Source of the DNA: Torpedo marmorata
Taxonomy: Eukaryota
NCBI GenBank assembly: GCA_977017645.1
Contig: OZ360224.1
Span: 80,538,001-80,602,000 of the forward strand
Direction of reading: 5' to 3'
DNA: 64,000 bases
Shown here: in pieces, positions 1-11,515 of the stretch
How the letters are laid out: the number at the start of each line of letters is the position of its first letter
Position numbering within the stretch: position 1 is the first letter of the stretch
Made by a program: the position numbers and the translations under genes
Notes under the pieces: model-generated
The model's database searches: none
Told to the model about the DNA's origin: nothing
Seen by the model: the letters and a program-made list of their open reading frames with translations, nothing else

Positions 1-2260
1 CGAAAACAACTTATCCCAATCCACACATTCTAGATCCTTTCTCATTTCCTCAAAATTGGCCTTTCTCTAATTTAGAATCTCAACCCGAGGCCCAGACCTA
101 TCCTTCTCCATAATTAACTTGAAACTAATGGCATTATGATTACTGGACCCTAAAATATTCCCCTACACATACTTCTGTCACCTGTCCTGCCTCGTTCCCT
201 AACAGGAGATCCAATATTCCACTCACTCTAGATGGTACCTCTAAATATTGATTTAGAAAGCTTTGCTGAACACATTTGACAAACTCCAAGCCATCCAGCC
301 CTTTTACAGTATGGGAGTCCCAGTCAATATGTGGAAAGTTTAAATCTCCTACTATCACAACCTTATGTTTCCTGCAGCTGTCTACTAGCTCTCTACAGAT
401 TTGCACCTCCAATTCTCGCTGACTATTGGGCAGTCTATAATACAACCCCATGAGTGTGGTCATATCTTTACCGTTCCTCAGCTCCACCTATATAACCTCA
501 GTAGACGAGCCGCTGGTCTGTCCTGCCTGAGCACAGCTGTGATATTTTCCCTGACGAGCAATGCCACTCCTCCCCCTTTCATCCCACCCCCCATTCTATC
601 GCATCTAAAGCAACGGAAGCTTGGAACATTGAGCTGCCAGTCCTGCCCTTCCTTCAACCAAGTTTCACTAATGGCCACAATGTCATAATTCCACGTGCCA
701 ATCCACGCTCTAAGCTCGTCTGCCTATTCTACAATACTCCTTGCATTGAAATAGATGCACTTTAGAAAATTTCCACCACGTACAACCCGTTGACTTCTAA
801 CGATGCATGCAATTTTCACATCATCTTTTCCCTCCTCCACTCCTTTATCTGCTCTGGCACTCTGGTTCCCATCCCCCTGCAAATCTAGTTTAAACCCACC
901 GGAGCAGTACTAGCAAACCTTCCCGCAAGGATATTAGTCCCCCTCCAGTTCAGATGCAAATCGTCCTGTCAGAACAGGTCCCACCTTCCCTGGAAGAGAG
1001 CCCAGTGATCCAGAAACCTGAAGCCCTCCCTCCTGCACCATGTCTTTAGCCACGTGTTAAGCTGCATTATCCTCCTTTTTCTAACCTCATTAGCACATGA
1101 CACGGGTAGCAATCCTGAGATCACAACCCTGGAGGTCCTGTCCTTCAACCTCGCACCTAACTCCCTGAACTCTCCTTGCAGGACCTCCTCGCCCTTCCTA
1201 CCCACGTCATTGGTCTCTATATGGACCACAACATCTGGCTGCGCACCAACCCTCCTGAGAACGCCATGAACTTGATCTGAAGTATCACGGACCCTGGCAC
1301 CAAGGAGGCAACATACCATCCAGGACACTCGATCTCTTCCACAGAACCTCTTATCTGTCCCCCTAACTATGGAATCCCCTATCACTACAGATTGCCTCTT
1401 CTCCTCCCTTCCCTTCTTAGCCACAAGGCCAGACTCTGTGCCAGAGACCTGATCTCCGTGACTTGTCCCTGGTAGGTCATTTCTCCCCCCCCCCCCCCCC
1501 CTATCAGTATCCAAAACGGTATACGTGTTATTGAGGGGAACTGCACTGCCCTGCACTGACTGTCGGTTACCTGTCCCTCTCCTGACTGTCACCCATCTAC
1601 TTTCCTCCTGCCTCCTAGGTGCGACAGCATCCCTGTAACTCCTGTGCATCACCCCCTCTGCCTCCCGAATGATCAGGAGTTCATCCAACTCCAGTTCCCT
1701 AACTCGGTTGATGAAGGGCTCAAGCCCGAAACGTCAGTTATGTATTTCTACCTTTGCTACATAAAAGACACTGTTTGACCTGCTGAGTTTCTCCAGCATT
1801 GTGTTTTTTACTTCAACCACGGTGTCTACAGATTTTCGTGTTTTATTTCCCTAACTCGGTTTGTCAGGAGCTGCAGTTGGATGCACTGCTCGCAGATGAA
1901 GTCGTCAGGGATACTGTTGACTTCCCTTATAATCCACATCCTGCAAGAGGAGCTTGTCCCTGCCCTTGCTGCCATTCCCACTATCTATGAAATAGGAACA
2001 AAATGTTCAACAAACCTGTCCTTACCTGGCCTCAACTCCTGCATCTTCTCCTCAGTCTCTGCTCACCAAAGCCTCTCGAGTCAAAGCCTCAAAGTCCCAC
2101 TCCTACCCTGAGCCGCTCACACACTGGCTGCTCTGCTTGTGCTTCCCCTCTTTTATTGGCTAGAATTAATTGGCCAATGGAGAGATTCAAAAGAACACTT
2201 ACCGATCCCGCTGCCAATTTATCTGCTTGGAACCTGCTTACTTTGCCCCTCGCTCGCAGC
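1..2260 (-). mobile_element. CR1 LINE, 5' part: ORF1 (Zn-finger/leucine zipper + SGNH esterase) and start of ORF2 (APE endonuclease); degenerate
   Basis: ORF 969-1688 has VVIGDSIVRG...VVVHIETNDVG (CR1 esterase). The upstream part from the ATG at 1975 reads SSSCRMW...FICEQCIQLQLL. ORFs 140-678 have AISETWL, GGGVALLV, VGDLNFP, ILDLLL (APE). Frameshifts and a premature TGA before DDLHLN. Confidence 0.9.
1710..1846 (+). mobile_element. Solo Penelope pLTR fragment inserted in CR1 ORF1
   Basis: Near-identical to 42785-42922; flanked by direct repeat TTCCCTAACTCGGTT (1695-1709, 1847-1861). Confidence 0.9.
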
Positions 2261-2284
2261 TTGTTCCCACAGTCCCAAGTCGAG

Positions 2285-2520
2285 ATCCTTAACAGAATCT
2301 GAGGTGGTGTTTCTCTAGTTTGCATTTTGCCTCACTCTGGGAGTGCAGGAGGCTGAGGAAGGATAGGTTGCTATGGGAATGAGGGGAGGGGGTTAAAATG
2401 GCTTGCAACCAGGAGCTCTCGATGTGGCCTCCTCTTTTTTGGTGAAACAAAGCAACGTGTTTACCGAGCATCTGTGCTCTGAGTGCAATGGCCATCTCGA
2501 GCTCCTGGTTGCAAGCCATG
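2285..2520 (-). mobile_element. Old Penelope-like 3' fragment (GIY-YIG C-terminus) with internal inversion
   Basis: Minus translation HSHSNLSFLSLLHSQSEAKCKLEKHHLRFC resembles the PLE C-terminus HSHTHMSVHGL...TRKLEEQHLIFRLG; inverted arms at about 2398-2429 and 2490-2519. Confidence 0.7.
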
Positions 2521-3715
2521 CTCACAAAATGTGCATTCCTAACACATGCCGTAACTGGAGAAGTCCACAATTCATGCAAAATGCTTAATCTCAACGAGAC
2601 ATCTGCAAATTTCTTTATTTCAAATGATCTGCTGTCTGACCAAAAATAAGCATTTAACAAAGACCTATTTGGGAGAGTGAACGTTAAATAAGAAGAACGA
2701 GTAACTTCAAAACAGTGGAACACAATTTCAGAGAAGTCTGAAATACCATCAGTGTTTTGGTTGTGACATATGATCTCTTGTCCGTAAAAGATTTAGAGGT
2801 TACATGATCAAGGTGCTTAAGCAGCTTTGAGGAATTGGTAGGGTTTATTTCCTTTGGTGAGGATGGCCATTACAAGTGGACTTAACCTTAAAGTGGGAGT
2901 CAAGCTATCCAGCCATGAAGCATTCCTGTTCATGGAGGGTGTTGGTAATCCAAAACTTTCTACCCAATAATTCATTTATTTATCATTGTCACATGCACTG
3001 AGATGGATCAAGAGCCTTCTTTTGCGAGCCATTCAAAGGTTAACATAGAGTCGCCACGTTCCGGTGTCATCCTGCAAAATAAAATAAACTAATAAAGAAA
3101 AGAAAGTCCTTTTGGAGACAGCAGATCGTCAAGGATCGCACCACCTCCTCTGATGCAGCTGAGCTTGAGCTCCCGTATTCAGCTGCCTGCTCTTTATCAC
3201 ACCTCCTTGACCCCTGTGGACATTTGAAGGTTCAGCACTGAGATTTATTTTTAGGCAAAGGCCACAGAACCAAAGCTGATGGAGCAAAGATGGTCTCAGT
3301 GAATGCACAATGGCCAGATCTGATGTCAGTGGGTTGGTTATATATTGGTCACAAGCTGAACAAAATCTACTTTTACGTATCCAGTTGCCTTTCTGCTGAC
3401 AGGTGTCGTACTGGTTCAGTAAACATGTCACATTTTTTCTCCTATTAGTGCAAACTTCATTGAATAGTAGGGTTCTAATTAGATAACCTAAACCACCATT
3501 TCAAGAAGGAAAAATATCACCGAGAGATGTGAAGCCAAAACAGAATTTGTTGGGAGCTGAGTTTGTATCTGAAAAAAAGTAGAGCCATTAAAGTTTACAA
3601 TGCAGAAAGCAACTTTGGGGTTCCTGGCTCTTTGACTAATTGAATCAAAAAATAATTCCTATTCTCCACTCCTTTTTCCCATAGCCGAGTAAGTATTCTC
3701 CCGCTGTTTTCTCCC

Positions 3716-3940
3716 GCACGGTTAGCGTAGCTATTACAGCGCCTGCAACCCTGTAAAATCAGGCACTGTCTGTAAGGAGTTTGTACGTTCTCCCCGAATC
3801 TGCGTGGTTTTCCTCTGGGTGCTCCAGTTTCCACACACCCTTCCAAAACGTACGGAGGTTGCAGGTTAATTGGTGTATTTGGAGGGCATGGGCTCGTGGG
3901 CTGGAAGGGCTTGTTACCGTGCTGTACGTCCAAAAAAATA
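3716..3940 (+). mobile_element. tRNA-derived SINE (HE1/V-SINE-like)
   Basis: GCACGGTTAGCG head, CTGTCTGTAAGGAGTTTGTACGTTCTCCCC core, CR1-like tail GTTACCGTGCTGTA; homologous to 47581-47860. Confidence 0.85.
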
Positions 3941-3989
3941 TTCACCTCCATACACTTTGACTTGTATTTTAAATAACAATGGATGGCAA

Positions 3990-4340
3990 ATGGCACACGC
4001 GGTGGAGCTGCTGCCTCACAGCTCCAGTCACCCACGTTTGATCCTGATCCCAGGGGCTTGTCTGTGGCTGCACAAGTTTCCTCTGAGTGCCCTGGTTTTC
4101 TTCCACATCTCAGAACTGTTGGTTTAGGAGTTTAATTGGCTAATGTACTCTTTCCCTAGTGTTGAGGTAAGTGCAGTGTTGGGTAGTTGGAGGGAGGAGG
4201 AGGTGGGGTAAGATTTGATAAGAATGTGTGGATAATAAAAACAAATGGGATGAGTATCAGATTGGTGTTAAAGGGTCTTTGATGGTCAGCGCAGACTCTG
4301 TGGGCCAAACGGACCCATTTCTGTGCTGCATGACTTTATA
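3990..4340 (+). mobile_element. Older V-SINE-like copy
   Basis: GGCACACGCGGTGGAGCTGCTGCCTCACAGCTCCAG head; tail GGGCCAAACGGACCCATTTCTGTGCTGCATGAC. Confidence 0.65.
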
Positions 4341-5199
4341 ATCACTCACCAAGCGTAAAAGAAAATCTTTCCTTTATCTTCATTATTTCAAAAACAAACA
4401 GTATTAGAGCTTCTCCAGATGTTGGATGCATCCTTGAATGTGTGTTGGTTTAAAGCGATGGTTTCCATTCCCAACATCTGTCTGATACATCTGCAAGGCA
4501 TGTCCTTTGTGGTTTAACATACTGCGTTGGCCAAATCTGTACACAGTAAATTAACTATCCTCAGGCTACAGTTATTATATAAATTTGTCATTACATGTTG
4601 ACTCTTGTTCTCTGTGTTCCTTTTTATAAAAATGCAAATTAAGTTTGTAGTGCAGACAGATAAAACCATAATTTCATGAAATATGCATTGGAACATCCAG
4701 ATCACTGATTGTATGTTCCCAGCAAGATTTCCACTGTCGATATTTGCAGATTATTTTTTCCCCAAAAAAAATAATGCATTGCCTCACATTTACCTAATTT
4801 ATTCCCACTATATTGCACTTGTCACTGAGCTGATCTTATCTCAAAGTCCTTTAGTCCTCAAATATCATTCATGTTAACAAATTTTGCAAATATTTTGTAA
4901 ATATTTTTGCAAATTGAGCAGTATATACCAATATTGTAATTTCCCCTCTCCTTTTGCATCTCCCTTGGTAACAGCTGATGTTGTATTGACTGTCATGGTG
5001 AGTGTCCTGCACTTATTTCAACCATGCTTCCTCTGTGATGGCAACAATATTATATTCCCACCTGCTGATCAAGACTGAATTCCTCTGGCTTATTAATCAG
5101 ACTTCTTGCATGAAAATAGATGCAATTCGGCCTTGCATTCTTCCCCTGTGCCTTATCAAACCCATACCTGCTCTGCCCACTGGACTGACTTAGTTTTCC

Positions 5200-5900
5200 T
5201 TCTATATTTGACCGCCAGCTATACATCTAATCTGTGTTCTATTTCCCTGCCAAATTAGTTTAAACCCTCCCCATCAGCACTGACAGACCTCCATGCAAGG
5301 ATCTTGGACCCTTTCCAGTTCAGTTGTATCTTGTATCAGTCACAGCTACCCAAGAAACTGTCCCAGTAATCCAGAAATCTAAATCCCTCCCTCCTGCACC
5401 ATTGTTTCCACCACAAATTCATCTGACTTCTTATACTCAATATCAGTATAAGATCAATATCACACTGAAAGTAAAAAAGGGGGCACGGTTAGTGAAGCGG
5501 TTAGCGCAACGGTATTGCAGCACCAGTGACCCGGGTTAGAATCCTGTAAAGAGTTTGTACATTCTCCCTGTGATCTGCGTGGGTTTCCTCCAGGTGCTCC
5601 GGTTTCTTCCACCCTCCAAAAACGTACGGGGTTTGTAGGTTAATTGGTGTATTTGGGCAGCATGGGCTTGTGGGCCTGAAGGTCCTGTTACCATGCTGTA
5701 TCTCTAAATTTAAATTAAATTAAATTACAATTAATCCAGAGATTGTAACCTCAAAGTTTCTGATCTTCAGTTTATGACTCAACTTCTTAAATTCAATAGG
5801 CAGGATCTCATTCCACTTCTTATCTTTGTCATTAGTATCAATGTGAACCACAACCTCTGGCTGTGAACCCTCCCTGTTCAGAATGCCCTGCAATCATTCG
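5200..5900 (-). mobile_element. Degenerate CR1 ORF1 fragment interrupted by a SINE
   Basis: Diverged match to 880-1260 (TAGTTTAAACCC..., CCCAGTAATCCAGAAATCTAAATCCCTCCCTCCTGCACCA). Confidence 0.65.
5479..5727 (+). mobile_element. tRNA-derived SINE (HE1/V-SINE-like)
   Basis: GGGGCACGGTTAGTGAAGCGGTTAGCGC head, shared core, (TAAAT)n tail. Confidence 0.85.
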
Positions 5901-8117
5901 TTGTTCTTGGCTAGGTCAAATATAAAAATAAATTCCAAAGATTAAATAAAGAACCAAGGGATAGCTAAAGAAAGAGAAGGACCTATAATTGTCCACAAAA
6001 GGTAACCCGAATTTGTGGGAGAGGGGGATGTGGGCAAGACTAAGATTGAAATATACAGGCCAGACCCAGTGAAGGAAAACTGATTTCTTCCCATAAAGGA
6101 GGTGGAGAAACAAGGAATTGGGGCAATATACCAACATGGATCAAGAGCTGAATATCAGACAGAAAACTGTGGCAATAAACAGCTCTTTCTCAGGATGGCA
6201 AGCTGTGACTGATGGGGTCCGACAGGAATCAGTGCTTCAGTTAGTTACAGTGTTCAATTAGCAATTTGACAGCAAATTTCTTCATACTTCTTCCTTGCTT
6301 TCCTAATTTCATTCCAATACTTTCTACACTTTTCCAGGTTTTCTGTTCTTTTGTGTTCTATTTATCAAGTAATCTCTCTTTTGCCATATCTTGCCCTCTG
6401 TGCTTGTCATTTGGCAGTACTCTAGATCCAGGTTGCCCAACTCTCTGTAGGTGCAGAAATCCATAATGCACTACACTTGGCCAGTGGCTTTCTACGATAC
6501 AGTCCATTCCAATAATCCTGACTTGGTTGACATTGAAATTACGTTCTAGATGACGTGTGTTACTCAGCCAGGTGTACATGACAATCGCAGGAATGCCATC
6601 GAGCTGATGGGAAATTTCACTGCATTGTCTGGTGGACATTCACCCCTTAAGTCTGTGTTGGAGCATTGACTGACAATCCCAGTGGGAAGCTGAATTTGCT
6701 GCAGATACAACTGGATGTTGCATAAAGCAGCAAATAACCTGAAGCAGTAGTGTGGCTCAAACTGCTGCAGAGTTGTGAATGGAACACTTGGGTGTGTGGT
6801 GACCCCAGTCGCAGGATTCACAAAGACAGAAAACCACTTTAACATAGAAACATGTCGCTGTTGAGAAATAAGGGATGATTTAGTCACTCAATGTGGATTA
6901 GTGGTATTTGTAAAGTTGCATGATTACTCAATGTGGTGTTTTTCGACTTAACAGTGTGATGAGTATCATGTTCTATTCCCATCCGTATGAGTCCTCTGTA
7001 TTTCTGCAATACATATTCCCATTGATAAAATAAAGTTTCAGTTGATAGGAAATATGCATTTACCATCATCGTTTGCAACAAGCATAAGTATTTACAAAAC
7101 TAATTGAAAAGGTGATCTCATTATTAAATTGCCTGAACACTGTGGGTTTGTGACAATTTGGATACACCTGAATGGAGTGTAAAAGACCAGCCATGCTTCC
7201 TAATGCAATGCTGTGCCAATAGAGTGGTAAGACAAGTAAATGCTGTGCTGTGCACTTTGCAGACAGGTGATGTAGACTAAACCGCTATACTTTTTATTAA
7301 ATTCACCTAATTCCAAAAGTGAAAGATCAAAAATTGCAGTGGTTCTTGGCAGCACTGATCCATTTGGTCAACTGACTCAGCTCCTGATATGCTGTATTAG
7401 GAGGTGAAACCTCAAGTCCTATACCATTACACAGAAACCCCTTGCCTCTGTCAGATTCAGATGGTGGGCTTGACTGATTCCCACTGGCCTAACAGCAACA
7501 GAGGATTGAGTCCAGACTGACTTACATAATACAATTTACTCTTGAGGAATAATACGTAAATTAAAGGATGAATTATGTAAGATGAGCTTCCTAGTCAACC
7601 ATATTGATCGACTTGTCCAGAAAACTATAATGGAAAGTGAGCTACAGTGATATTTATCGAGGCTTGTGTTAAAGTGTTTCTGGAGTGGGAAATCAAGTAT
7701 TTGTGTAGAGGGATGCATATAACAGAGTTGTGTGGCATCTAATTCCACCCATTAGATAACTTCATTGGAACCCATTATTTGGTCTCTGTCTGAGGACAGG
7801 TGTAAGGAAATGTATCTTCTCACCTGGATGCACAAATCACTTTTAATGTAAATTAGTCACTGCAAGTATGGAATACACTGCTGAGATATAATAGCTGGGA
7901 CTTTGTATCGACATTCAAGAACTAGCATCTCAAAATCTATAAAATTTGCAATGTTCCAATGATAAAATGATTCCCCTTGCTACAGTTATTAGGGTTCCAT
8001 TTTAAACACATCCTCAACCTAAAAAATAGCAAGTGATGTGCACCGGAGGAAGACATAGTGATGCTTCCAGGGAGAGGTTCTCTTTTCACTTGGTTCTGTG
8101 GCCTGGTTATTAACATA

Positions 8118-8572
8118 CAGTAAAACCCCTGGTTTCCGGCACCTACGGGGATTGGTAGATGGTGGATAAGTGAATTTTCTGGTTGCTTGAGATTGCATGT
8201 TGCGTGATTGCCCGCGCATACTAGCTCCCGACACCCCGGCCGCCCGCACATACTAACTCCCGACCGCCCGCGCATACTAACTCCCGACACCACAGGCCGC
8301 ATCCAAGTTCCCAACGCCAAGGGCCGCATCCGACCTCGGGCTCCAAGCAGGAGCGGGGACGTCGGGCTCCCGGCAGGAGCAGGGATCTCAACCACTTTGG
8401 AGACCCCTACTCTAGGAAAGGTAGAGTGCGGTATTGTTTTGACTTACGATAATTTCGACTTACGATGCGAGTTCCGGAATCAAACCCCATCGTAAGTCGG
8501 GGTCTACCTGTATTTACTTTCCGTGATTTCTTTTGCCGGTTGCTTGAATTCCGGATAACAGGGGTTTTACCA
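8118..8572. mobile_element. Tc1/mariner (pogo/Tigger-type) MITE with nested second Tigger-like terminus
   Basis: TIRs CAGTAAAACCCCTGGTTTCCGG (8118-8139) and CCGGATAACAGGGGTTTTACCA (8551-8572), flanked by TA; internal end CGTAAGTCGGGGTCTACCTG|TA at 8491-8512. Confidence 0.8.
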
Positions 8573-9514
8573 TATAATGTATGGCATAGAAACTGATTGA
8601 AAATCAATGCCAACATTTCTGAGAAAAGATAATACAACTTTGTAGAGTTAATGCCTCTGGTAAAGATGACAATGGCCAAGAGATGTTGTAATCGCCTCAT
8701 TGCTCTTGACATAAGAACAGGAGAACCAGCAAATCTTTCAGCTCCAGATCATTGGCCAAAAAGAGTTCTATTCAAAATTGTGCTCCCTGGGTGTTGGTGA
8801 AGGATGCAATTTGCCTTCTAGTGCCTGCCTACACTTACGCATGAAGAATGTGCTATTGGATTAGCTATCAACTGAGTTAGATGAGAAATTGAAAAGAACA
8901 AAGTAACATTTTACAAAGAGTAATTTTTCTTTCTGCAGATTGTGAAAAGTGTTACTGGTGTTAAATTTTTCCATCCTCCACTCAGCCCTTCTGCCTGATC
9001 TCTGACATTGAGGAAAATGTACCCATAGAGCTCACGGAAAGCTTGGGCCTGTTTTGTAACTCATTCTGCTGACTTACTGCCTCGCCTGCCATTCTCATCC
9101 AAACCCCAGTTCCTCTGGTCTTCCTGCACTCCATTGCTATTTTCTTGACAAACAGTAGCCTGGATTTGAAAGTAATAAAACTAATGAGAGAATACCAGTA
9201 AAGCACTTACCAAGTTATAAGCGCTTTGTTGTATTTTACAAAATTATATATGTTGAGAACCTAAAGTTGTATTTCATCCAATAAAGGTAATTGGCCATGA
9301 TTAGCAATTGTACCTTAACATAATCTGATTTTGATGGAATGGAAAATTCAGTTTAATTCTGAAGAAAAGTTGACACAGTCTCTTTAAAAAAAAGAAATGA
9401 ATCTGGGCTGCCAACTAGATAGCATTAAATATCTTGCTGAGTTACTTTTAATGAAGCTTACTTGCTTTGGATTGGCTGAACTTTCTAATATGGTTTCAAT
9501 TGTTCTGACCACAG

Positions 9515-11515
9515 GTATGTGACTGGTGCAAGCACATCCGACATACAAAAGAATATCTCGACTTTGGAGATGGAGAGCGACGGCTACAATTCTGCAGTGC
9601 AAAATGCCTCAATCAGTACAAAATGGACATTTTTTATAAAGAGACACAGGCCAATCTTCCTGCTGGCTTGTGTAATACGGTGCACCCTCCAGTAGAAAAA
9701 AAGTCCGATAACACAGCCGTGCAACTACTAACTCCGGAGTCTTGGAACATGCCACTGACTGATGCTCGGAGAAAGCCTCCATCTCCCGTGACACCTTCCT
9801 CTCAGTCTCAAGTCCCCATCCCTTCTGCATCTACTGCCCTCTCCCCGTCTGATCCTGCCAGTAGTTCTGCTGCCAAACTCCACACTCCAATCTCGAAGCC
9901 AATAGCTGCAAATGAGAGTCCAAACGTTCCTCCGATCCAGCTTCAGCAGCCAGCCAACATTGTGCCTCCAGTGGGTGTCCCTCCAGGTAATCCCTCCATG
10001 GTCATGACAAATCGAGGACCTGTCCCTCTGCCAGTATTCATGGAACAGCAGATGATGCATCAGATCCGTCCACCATTTATCCGAGGACCACATACTCCAA
10101 GCCCAAATAGTCCCCTGTCAAACCACATGATTTCAGGTCTTGGTCCCCCATCGGGTGGTTCCAGGACCATGGGTCCTAATTCAATCCCGATGCACAGGCC
10201 AATGCTTTCACCACATCTCCATCACCCATCAGCACCCTCAGTGCCAGCCAATCATCAAGGGTTACTTCCCCCGGCAGCACCCTTACCTAATGTTTCATTT
10301 CCACCTGTTAATATGATGCCAAATAGCCACATGCATGTCCCACACCTTTTAAACTTTGGAGTGCCATCACTTGCACCGTTAGTTCCTCCTCCGACTCTCT
10401 TGGTGCCCTATCCTGTCATTGTTCCATTGCCTGTGCCCATTCCAATCCCCATTCCAATTCCTCACATGTTTGACTCCAAGAACACCAATGGGATTTCCGG
10501 TAGTGCTGAGAGTTTCATTCCAAGCACAACTAACAATGAAGATGACACTAAAGAGCCAAACAGTTCTTTGGCATCGAATCTCGGGCAGCAGGGAGCTTCC
10601 AAGCCTATTAAAGCCTCAACTAACTGCTCAAGCCATTCTTTGAACCAGCCATCCATGCTTCTTGACACCAGCAGGAGTGAGATTGTCGATCTAACTGTCA
10701 AGCCTAATGGTCCAATTAAAAGTGATTTTTCTTTCTCTGATGGAGTGGACTTTCTACACGATGAGGTGATAGACTTGACCATGAGCCACAGAAGCAGACT
10801 TAATCACGTTGGTCACAAACCTCTACATGCTTCTGTGAAAGTTGAAAATGAAGGCAGAAGTGTTGTAGATTTGACTCTTTCCAGTCCGGATAAACGGAAC
10901 TGTATTGACTGTAGGGATTTTCCTCATTTGAACCCTATCGAAACAAAGGTGTTATCTTGCAGCGGTGCTTCCCACTGCAGCACTCTCCAGCTAAATTCAG
11001 GAAGCTCGGGAGGTGACTCGGATCAAACACCTTGTAATCTGGTTATGAATGGCACAAAGAACGTGGACCTTTCCCACTTCTCAGAAAACCCTTCAGACCA
11101 GCAGCAGCAGCAGTCACAGCCACCGCCACAGCAGCAGCCACCGCCGCCGCCGCAGCAGCAGCCGCAGCAGCAGCTGGAGGAGATCGCTGTCAGCGAGCTG
11201 GAGTCAGTCAAAGAAAACAACTGCACATCAAACTGTCAGCTGGAGTTAGAGGCAGGTAAGAAGGCCTCAATTGAATCACCCCTGGGTGGGGTGGACAGGC
11301 AGGATGTAAATCATAATCCTGCAGATGAGGACCATGCATATGCCTTGAGAGTAGTACCCAAGACGGGCTGCTTGATTCAGCCTGTGCCAAAAGCGACTGA
11401 AAAGACTGCCATAGCACCCTGCATAACCTCAACGCCAATACTCAACACAGGGCCCGTGGACAGTGAGCCGCCACTGAAACGCAGATGTCTCCGGATTCGA
11501 AACCAGAACAAGTAA
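9515..11515 (+). CDS. SOBP: Sine oculis-binding protein homolog, large last coding exon (second FCS zinc finger, Pro-rich region, SIM-like motifs, C-terminal NLS)
   Basis: Acceptor ...TTCTGACCACAG|GTA at 9514/9515, in frame with ORF 9623-11515. Reads [49 protein letters not shown]...[25 protein letters not shown]...[15 protein letters not shown], recognised as vertebrate SOBP. Upstream exons not seen in the window. Confidence 0.97.
   Translation, partial: VCDWCKHIRHTKEYLDFGDGERRLQFCSAKCLNQYKMDIFYKETQANLPAGLCNTVHPPVEKKSDNTAVQLLTPESWNMPLTDARRKPPSPVTPSSQSQVPIPSASTALSPSDPASSSAAKLHTPISKPIAANESPNVPPIQLQQPANIVPPVGVPPGNPSMVMTNRGPVPLPVFMEQQMMHQIRPPFIRGPHTPSPNSPLSNHMISGLGPPSGGSRTMGPNSIPMHRPMLSPHLHHPSAPSVPANHQGLLPPAAPLPNVSFPPVNMMPNSHMHVPHLLNFGVPSLAPLVPPPTLLVPYPVIVPLPVPIPIPIPIPHMFDSKNTNGISGSAESFIPSTTNNEDDTKEPNSSLASNLGQQGASKPIKASTNCSSHSLNQPSMLLDTSRSEIVDLTVKPNGPIKSDFSFSDGVDFLHDEVIDLTMSHRSRLNHVGHKPLHASVKVENEGRSVVDLTLSSPDKRNCIDCRDFPHLNPIETKVLSCSGASHCSTLQLNSGSSGGDSDQTPCNLVMNGTKNVDLSHFSENPSDQQQQQSQPPPQQQPPPPPQQQPQQQLEEIAVSELESVKENNCTSNCQLELEAGKKASIESPLGGVDRQDVNHNPADEDHAYALRVVPKTGCLIQPVPKATEKTAIAPCITSTPILNTGPVDSEPPLKRRCLRIRNQNK
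11099..11173 (+). repeat. Coding CAG/CCG trinucleotide tract (polyQ/polyP) in SOBP
   Basis: Encodes [25 protein letters not shown]. Confidence 0.9.

Noticed and set aside
7937-8712. Arg/Pro-rich ORFs upstream of the SOBP exon
   Set aside because: They arise from GC-rich repeats in the MITE
9728-11438. Antisense/overlapping ORFs in SOBP, including the Cys/Gly-rich one
   Set aside because: Shadows of the coding exon and the CAG/CCG tract
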